Assembly: GCF_011386835.1 (NCBI RefSeq)
Contig: NC_088800.1
Location: forward strand, 558,001-622,000
Origin: Chrysemys picta bellii
Lineage: Eukaryota
DNA: 64,000 bases
Direction of reading: 5' to 3'
The translations under genes were made by a program, and so were the position numbers. Shown here one piece after another: positions 32,501 through 41,500 of the stretch (position 1 is the stretch's first letter; each line of letters begins with the position of its first letter). The notes below the pieces were generated by a model. That model made no database searches. It saw only the letters and a program-made list of their open reading frames with translations, and had not been told where the DNA came from.

Positions 32501-35500
32501 GCTGGAGTTCCCCGCAAAGCGCCTGCTCAGGCCCGAAGGCCGGGGAAGGCGTGAGGACAGGAGCTGGCTGCTGGAGGGAGTCGGGGCTCTCACTGGGGAC
32601 CTGACGAAGGAACTCGGACCGAGCGCTTGTCTCTGCTTCCAACACTCCAGTCGTCCAGCTGTGCCCCTGCAGCGCTTCGGGGCAGACACTGCTGAGCCGA
32701 TGGGGGGGTGGGGGGGAGGTTCTCCCTCGGCTAGGAATCCACCTCCCCAGAGGCACTGTCTACACTGGGACCCAGGTCAGCTCGACTTTTCACACCCTTG
32801 ACTGATGCAGTTAAACCAACGTGATTTTCTAGCACAGGCCAGGCCTGAGAGAGACAGACCGAGCCTGAATTGGGCTTCACGGCAGCGGGGCTGGTGAAGT
32901 GCTCTGGGCTGACCAGCATGGACCTTCATTTCTCTGCTGCCCGAAAGCCTCCCTAGGCATGTCCAGGTGACTATAAACCTGCCTGTTTTCACAGCGTGTG
33001 TCCCTGCAGCCGCTGGGCGAGGTGCTTAGTCCCTGCAGAGTGGGCGAGTCTCTGCCAGGCTGTCGCAGTTGGACTCGCTGGGCAGAGCTCCCGCTGTGAA
33101 GCAGGAGGGCTGGAGCCCCAGAGGTTCAGCCTCTGGAGGCAGGGAGGCTGCACGGCCGACCCTGAAGGACGAGTGTGCCCCTTTGGGGTGTAGCACCGAT
33201 CCTGTGGCTCTGCCCGAGCATGCAGCTCCCTGATCTTTGCCAGGGTGGGGATTGACGTCCAGCTGCCCGTGGGCAGAGTGGCCTGTACAAGGCAGTGTGT
33301 GCCCTGCACACAGTGAGCTCCCGGGATGCCCTGGGCCATGGAGCACCTTGGCAAGTCCACGAAGGCTCCAGGTGGCTGGGCTGGGCTGGTCACCCTCCTT
33401 CTCCACCCAGGGCCTCCAGCACCCAGCAGTGTGTCCCAGACGTGCCTGCCTCACCACATCCCTGCCACATGGTGTGGCCTGCTGCCCAAGTGTGGCTCCA
33501 GATATGAGAGACCGCAGGGGGCGCTAGGGCTCAGGGAGGGCGAGCAGGTTGGGTACTCACCTGGGCAGGTGTCAGGTGTGCAGCCTGCAGCTCTGGAAGG
33601 AGAGCCCTGACCTGCGTGGCTGACAGGCGCTGCAGGAACCTCACCCCCAGCTCCGGAACGATGCCTCGCCAGGCACGCAGCTCCTGCGGCCCGACAGCAG
33701 CCAGGCCAGCAGAGCGCAACAAATCCGCCAGCGCATAGGCGACCTGCAAGCAGGAGGGGAGAGCAGGGCCAGGCTGGGCTTTCCCCAGGGAGAAGGGAGG
33801 TTCCCGCTGGGCAGGGGCTGGAGCCATGGGATCAGCTGGAGGAAGGGGGGGGGGGAATATTCCCAAGACAGCCTTGGCCCTGCATTCCCACAGGCTGCGT
33901 CTACCCAGGAGCTGCTGCACCCACTCCCCACACAGCTGCACCTGGCACCCAGCATTGTGATGGGCCAGACACCCCCTGCAAGCAGAGCCAGCTCGGCCAG
34001 TGGCTCACCTGTCAGCCACGTTCCCCTGCAGCTCAGAGTAAGAGCCAACCAACACGGGCCCTGGCCCCTCTCCCGTCACCCCAGCAGCCCCCCGAGCCAA
34101 GCCCTGCACTCTACGGCCCCCCGGCAGCATGATATGCAGAGCCCGGCTCTGGCCCTGAGGACTTCTCTGCCTCGCCACTCAGCACTGGCTCTGCCCTGAG
34201 GCTGGCTTCCAAGGGGCTTTTGTTCCCTCCTGGAGGGAGGCCAGGCCTGGGCCTATGTCCCACTGGCCCCCCCAGCTCAGGGCAGGACAGCCGTGTTGCT
34301 AGCGCGCACACAGGAGCCCCCACAGCGGCTCGGCTCACCCGTCCGTGCTGGCTCAGCACTCCGTTGGCAGCACACGCCAGCAAGCTCTGCTCCACCGGCC
34401 CCAAGGGGTCGCGCAGCGGGGCCAGGACCTGCAGCTCTTCAGGGCTCAGATAGCAAGCAAGGGCCCCCAGCCTGGAGAAAGAAGAAAAGTCCCTTAATGG
34501 GGGGCAGGAGCCTGGGCCCCACAGAGTTAGCCTGCCCCAAGGAATGGCACCACCCTGACCCCCCACGGGCCCTGCAGCCACGACACAAACCCCCCCTCCC
34601 ATGGGCCCTGCAGCCATGACACAACCTCCCCCCCCCACGGGCCCTGCAGCCACGACACAACCCCCCCTCCCACGGGCCCTGCAGCCACAACACAACCCCC
34701 CCCCCCGGGCCCTGCAGCTAAGACAACCCCCTAAACCCTCCGCGGGCTCCTCTCACCTGTGCACCTGCTCCTCACCAGCGCCACGGCTCACATTTATCAA
34801 GCTGTGTGCCACATGGCGCCCCTGGGCCAGCCCCAGCCGGACCTCCTGCCAACCGTCTGCCAGCCCCTGGATCTGTGCCGCAGAGACAGGTCTAGTGCAC
34901 TCGAGGGGCAACACCAGCAAATCCTCTGCAACACTCAGCTCCCAGGGGTGTGGGGGGATCCCAGCCCTTGGGGGTGCAGGGCCTGGAGGGGGGTTCCTGG
35001 GAAGTGGGGGGTCCCAGCCCTTGGGGGTGCAGGGCCTGGAGGGCAGGCTCCTGGGAAGTGGGGGGTCCCAGCCCTTGGGGGTGCAGGGCCTGGAGGGGGG
35101 CTCCTGGGAAGTGGGGGGGGTCCCAGCCCTTGGGGGTGCAGGGCCTGGAGGGGAGGCTCCTGGGAAGTGTGGGGGGTCCCAGCCCATGGGGTGCAGGGTC
35201 TGGAGGGGAGGCTCCTGGGAAGTGGGGGGTCCCAGCCCTTGGGGGTGCAGGGCCTGGAGGGGAGGCCCCTGAGGCCTGGGGATGAGGGAACACCGGGACT
35301 GAGCTTGGGAGCTAGGGAATGATGCAGAGATGGCCCCGTGCGACAGAGCCACCGGCCCCAGGACAGAACGGACATGGGATCAGCCCCCCATGAGCGGTGA
35401 CTGCCATGGGGCCGTAGCCCTGACAGCGCTGGGCCCTCTGGCTGGCTGGCGCTGCATCCCCACCTGCTGAGGCGTGAGCTGCACAAAGCGGCGAAGCGGT

Positions 35501-38500
35501 AGGTGAGGCAGCAGCGGCTGGATGGTGCGGAGGAAGCCTGGGCGCCACGTGGGCACGTCCCCAAGGAGCTGAGCCTGCAGCAGCAGCTTGGCAAAGGCGC
35601 TTTTCTGCACCAGCTTCATGTGGGTGCTGTGACGCCGCAGAGCAGCTAAGCTGGAGGGGGCGGCACGTTAGAGCGGGCATGGCCTAGAGAGCCCCACTGA
35701 GCTCCGCCTGCCCGGCGCCAAGCTGGCTCGGCTCTCCTGCCCCAGTACCCGCTCCTCAGCCCTGGGGCACCCCCATGCTGGACTGGACAGCACGGCCTCT
35801 GCAAGGCAGGCCCTGGGAGAGCTGGGGGTCAGAGCAGGGGCTGTGTGACCCGGTGCAGGGGGCTCAGATCTGGGGCTGTGTGACCAGGTGCAGGGGGCTC
35901 AGATCTGGGGGCTGATCTGGTGGATGTGTGAGGGGACCAGGGCACATTACAGGTCATGCGGGGCACTGGGGAGCCGGTTATGGGGCACGCGGGGCTCAGT
36001 GTGGGAGTGGCATTACCAGGTGTAAGGGGCTCAGAGTGGGGGGGCAGTTTGAGGTGAGGCAGGGCTAGGGCTGAGGCAGGGGGTGTTACGGGGGCACGTT
36101 CCAGGGCCTCACTCACACGCTCTCATTGGCTAGCAGGGCAGGCGGGACTCTCATGATGTCGGACACGGCCATGAACGGCATGAACTGCGACAGGTCAACA
36201 AAGAGCTGCGGAGTGAGCTGAGGGAACCGGCCCATCAGCCGCGAGGCAAGAGACTGCAGCGCTTGCCCATCCGACATGGGAACCTGTGGGAGCAGCGGGT
36301 TAGGGCTCCCCGCACGGTGGCAGGACCCCAGCCCTTGGGGGCCAGCTGCCCCCATGTCCACGCGAGGAGAGCCCCTAATGCGGGCCAGTGGCCACAATGC
36401 ATCCTCATCGCTAAGGCACCAGCGACCCCCCGCCAGCGACCTGCCCCCTCCCGCTGGTGCATGCTGCCCACCTGCAGCCGGGGCCAGGAGCGGTGCAGCA
36501 GGGACAGGAAGCGCTGCACTGCCTCGCTCTCCGCCGACAGCAGCAGCTGCTGGAAATTGTCCTGTGGCATCTGCAGGTATTCCTGTGGGGAAGGACAGCG
36601 CGTCACGGCGGGGCCCACGGAGCTGCGCGGCCAGGGCAGGGCCCACGGAGCTGCGCGGCCAGGGCAGGGCCCAGCTAGGCTGGAGTCCCCATCAAACACG
36701 AGAGCGGGTGCCAGGGCAGGGTGCATGGGCTGCGGGAAGGTGGACGTGTCTTACTGGAGTACGGGGCACCCGCCCCCCCCCGGGGGCACCTATGGAATCT
36801 GGGGGTGCAGGGAGGGAGTGGGAACAGCCCCCAGGCCCTGCTGAGCGGGGTCAGTACCTGCACAAGGACTTCCAGCGCCGGGGCACCCTCTTCTCTTTGG
36901 ATCAGATCCCAGAGCACAGGCTGCCAGAGAGAGCAGGAGAGCTCTCAGCAAGGGACCCTCCGCTGGCCCATCCCCCCGCACCCCTGGACCCCCAGCACGC
37001 CTGCGGCTACCCTCCGATTCCCTGGGAAGGGGAATAAGCTGCGTTTGCCACTGGGGTGCTGTTGCCAGGGCCAGAGGCGGGACTTCTCCAGAGGTCTGGG
37101 CTCTTTCCCTCTGTCACTCTCCTGGCCCCAGGACAGTCCTGGATTCCAGCAGACCAACAGGAGCTCTTATTCCAGAGATGGGTCATCTGGGCCCCTGGCT
37201 GTGCAGGGCCTGACCCTTCCCCACAGCGCAGAAGCCACTGGGCTGCCTGGTGCGAACGGGGCAGGGGAACGCCAGGGTAGCAGCTGGGACTGTGCTCCAG
37301 GCAGTGGGCCACCGTGAAACCAGCAAAAAACTGTGTTCACCAAAGGCCCCCGGGTCCGGTGCTGCCCGACGGTGCCTAGCCTGATGGGACCCAGAATCTC
37401 CGGGGAGGTCTGTAGGGCTATGCAATTGCTCAGCTAGCTGTTAAATTCCCCATTAAGCCCCCCATGGTCGCTGCTGGGGAGCAGCACAAACAGGGCAGCT
37501 CACAGCCAGAGCTGAACAGGGGCTTGCGGACAGCCCTCGCCCCAGGGGACGACTAGGTCAGCTCTCTCAGGGGGTCTGTGGAGCCACAGAGCTCCCCAAG
37601 TGGCTCTAGGCAGACGGGCCACTCCCTCCCCACAGGGCATGGAACCGAGTTAGGGTGACCAGACAGCAAGTGTGAAAAATCGGGACGGGGGTGGGGGTAA
37701 TAGGAGCCTATATAAGAAAAACTCCCCAAAATCGGAACTGTCCCTCTCAAATCAGGACATCGGGTCACCCTAAACCTAGTCCCCGGGCTCCCAGGAACGA
37801 CCCCTAGGAAGGAGTGCTTGTCGCTGCAGCACGCTGGCCCTGCTGGCTCCGGTGCTGGACGGTGCACTGTGCTAGCCGAGTGGCCAGCCCTTCTCCTGGG
37901 GCTTCAAGCGGGTTCTGGGCTCAGCAGCGATTCACAGAGACCTCGGTTTGCAGCTGCTCAAAGCGCTTGGTCTCCTGCTCTCCCGGCAGGTCTGCCTTCC
38001 ATGCCAGACACCGCTGCCCTCGACATGCCCGAGGACACACACCTGTCCTGCACATGGCATCTGCCTTGGGTGGTTCTGCCACAACTCCTGCACTTTGGCA
38101 GGGGTTAGACTAGATGGGCTGCTGGTCCCTGGGGGTCTAGGATTTGTACTGGAGGGGAGTATGGGCTAGGGAGGGGGCAGTGGGCTAGGACTCCGGAGAC
38201 TGCAGGTTTGTTCCCGCCACTGCTGGGCTGCAAGCCCTCGTGCGCCTGGTGTCGGGCCCCGTGAGAAGCTCAGCTTTCATTGTGAACCAAGCACGTGGCT
38301 GCAGAGCGAGCCTTGAAAACAAGCCCCAGAATAGCCGGCGGCCGAGCAGCAGACAAAATTCATTCTCTTGTCAAATCTCGTGAAGTTTAGGGCCTGACTC
38401 AGGGTTTCCGGCCTCCCAGGGCTGATGACACGGTGTCTGTGCAGCATCCCGTGCTGGGGGCCTGCTCTCCCTTGGGGGGTTGTGGTCGTCATACAGAGCT

Positions 38501-41500
38501 GATGACAAGGGCAGTTTGGGATCTGTCTGGCACGGAGCGCTGGCCCCATGGCACATGCGCACACAAGTGGCTGTGTCAGGGTTTGCAGCCATGAGCGATC
38601 CCACACCTCGGGGGTGCACACAGGGTTGGAGCTTAGCCCCAGCATGGCTCGTGCAGCGAAGCCCGGGGCTGAGGCGGGCGGGGAGCAGGGGCAGGAGCCT
38701 GCTCACTCGCGCAGAGGCCGGGACGGCACCACTCACACTGAAGCAGCTCAGCAGCTCTTTCTTGACGGAGGCGTCACGCTCCTGCCTCAGGTACTGGCGC
38801 ACGGCCTGCAGGATGCTCCGCGAGGAGTTCCCCGTCAGCGAGGCCCAGAAGGAGCCGTTGTCCAGGAGGCTGGAGAGCAGGATGGCCTCGCTCAGCTGGT
38901 CCCTGGCTGCCTGCCCCACCTCGTCCAGCTCGGAGGAGGGCAGGGTGAAGTCCAGCAGCCGCAGGAGATAGTTCATGCTGAAGATCCAGCGGGACGTCTC
39001 CTCCTCGCAGGGCGTGAGCTGGGACACCAGCCCCAGCAGGTAGGACGCAGGGTCCCGGCAGAGCCGAGAGGCGTCCCCGTGAGAGGAAATAGGCAGGATG
39101 TCCAGGAGGCGCTGCAGGAAGCACTGCCCATTCTGCAGGGAGTCCAGGCAGTGATCCATGAGCCAGGGGTGGGAAGACACCAAAGACCGGAGGAGGGAGG
39201 AATTCTCACACACCAGCTCCTGGAAGCTAGCGGGGTTCACCCCCCGGCACTGCTCCATCAGGCTAGCGTTCCTGAGCGCCTGGAGGCTCCAGGCCTGGAA
39301 ATTGCAGGGATCAGAGTTCCCGAGCAGCGAGGAGTTCAGGGTCTTTGTCTGGAGCTGGCGGCCGTGGCAGAGTCTGGAGATCCAGGCGCTGCCATCCGCC
39401 TGCAGGCTCTCATTGGTGCACAGCCACTGAGTCCAGAGAGCCTGGTTTTCCAGAAAGCAGCTCCAGAAATCCCCCTGGGTCCAGGGGGCCCCGGGCAGCC
39501 CCTCCGGACAGCTGGCACCTTTGGGGGGCAGGGAGAGGTTGGCACACAACTGCTCCATCAGAGGCTGGTTGGGACTGGGCAGCTGCAGCAGGGAGGCATT
39601 GCTGCAGACCGTGGTGTTGAACTGGCCAGGGAAGTACTCCCTGCATGTCCTCACCCACATGGAGTCCCCGCTGGCGGAGGAGAAATACCAGCCGGAGCTG
39701 GAGCATGCGGCCCCCAGGTCTGAAGGAGGCTGGCTGGAGCTGTCTGAGCCATTGAATAGGCTGCAGTAAAGATACACAGTGAAGTTGGAGATGCCGGGCA
39801 GGCCTGGGATAGTGTCATTGCAGGCAGACTCCAGAACCTCGGCTGAGGGCCAGGGCGCACCCCAGGTGTCTCCAGATGCCCTCTTTGTGGCTTGGGGGGG
39901 CTTGCGGGCAGGCTGCATGCAGCTCAGGATTGGCGGAGGAGATGGGAAGGTCCTAGACCTGAACCCCAGCGTCCGGGCATTCCAGCTGATGTTGTGCCTG
40001 ATGCCCCTGTTAGCAGCAGACAGAGGAGCTGGTCCATCACCCTCTCCCTGGAGCCCATCTGCATGGGCTGGGGAAATCCCGCATGCTCGCCCTCGCCCCA
40101 AACCCTCTGGCCTTGCAATCCACACTCCACAGGCCAGGGCCCAGGGACACACTCTCCCGTCTCAGTCCTTCCACCACATCCCCCACACTCAGGCCCTGCC
40201 TCACCGCATACCCCTCAGCCACCCACCTCCTCGCCCTCGGCATAAACTGCCCCCACCCCCAGCGGGGGATCCTCCTCCTCTGTGCATCACTCAGCGTTCG
40301 CCTGGCCCCTCTCACATGGAGTCCCACAACTTCCCCACCTGACCCCAGTCCCTCCGGGCCAGGAGAGCCCCCTCCTGTCCCAACGCAAGGCCATGGGGGG
40401 GGGGGGGTGTCAGCACCTGTGGGGGAACCAGCTCCATACACAGCCTGATTGTTAGGGGGTGTCACAGCCACGGCTGCCATGTGCCCTGCGATATCCCAGC
40501 CCTGCAACTAGCACAGCTCCCTCTTGCCTTTGCAGCCCCCGTCCATAGGGAAGGAAAGGAATGTCTCTTCCTGTCCTCCCCGCAAGAGGCCAGGGATGCA
40601 ACCACAGAGCTCATGGGCCCAAAGTGGACCCAGCAGCTAGCACTCCTCTGCCCCAGCCCAGCCAGGCCCCCCTCCGAGAGCTCCTCCAGCAACTCTCCCC
40701 GGGCCGACGAGCAGTCGGCTCTGGAGCTAGGGCAGGGCCAGAGGAAGGTTACGGCCGAGGCGTCTTTGCTGAAATCCCGGGAGTCCCTGAGCCCAGGACT
40801 GGGGTGACCCTGCGTGGAGCCCGGCATGAGCAGGGGCTTTCCATCTAGAAGTTCTGGGAGCCCATGGGTCTGACTGCTGGCCACGCGCCGGCCCGCGCCC
40901 ATGACTCACCACAGCAGGAGCTGCTGCAGGGTCCCTGAAAAAGGAGAAGGGAAGGAGTGAGTGAGCATCTGGAGTCAGGCCGTGCAGCCCGGGCCTGGGG
41001 CCTCAGTGCCCCACGAGTCCTGGGAAGGAACGACTCACCTACAGTGCACTTCCCCTCTCGATCCGACTGAGGGACGCCGAGGGCCACCGAGACCTCGTCC
41101 ACCAGCAGACCCGTCACACGTGATACCTTCCTCCGGAAGCTGGTGTAGAGCGATCGGCCCATCCTCCGCAGGAGACGCTGCTTGGCCTCCTCCAGGGCCC
41201 CCCAGAGTGTGTCTGCAGAGCCCCCCTCAGAGTCCAGCCCTGGCTGCCTGGGCCGGGGGATCTGCAGGAGGCTGCCGGCATTGGGGTCCAGCTCTCGGAT
41301 GGCCCCGGGCAGCACGTGGAAGGGTTTCAAGTGTTCAGGAGCCAGGACGGGGCCTGCAGGCTGCAGACGGACCCTTGGCTTCCAGCTGGTGCCCGCAAAG
41401 AGCTTGAGCAGCTGCGACATCCAGTCTGTGCTGGAGCTGCAGTTCCCACGGCCTGTCAGGGGGCAGTCGGTGCCCTGCAAGCCAGGGCCGCCCTGGCCCA

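Noticed and set aside
38480-39723. 391-aa and 163-aa + strand ORFs
   Set aside because: Antisense shadows of the STRC large exon.
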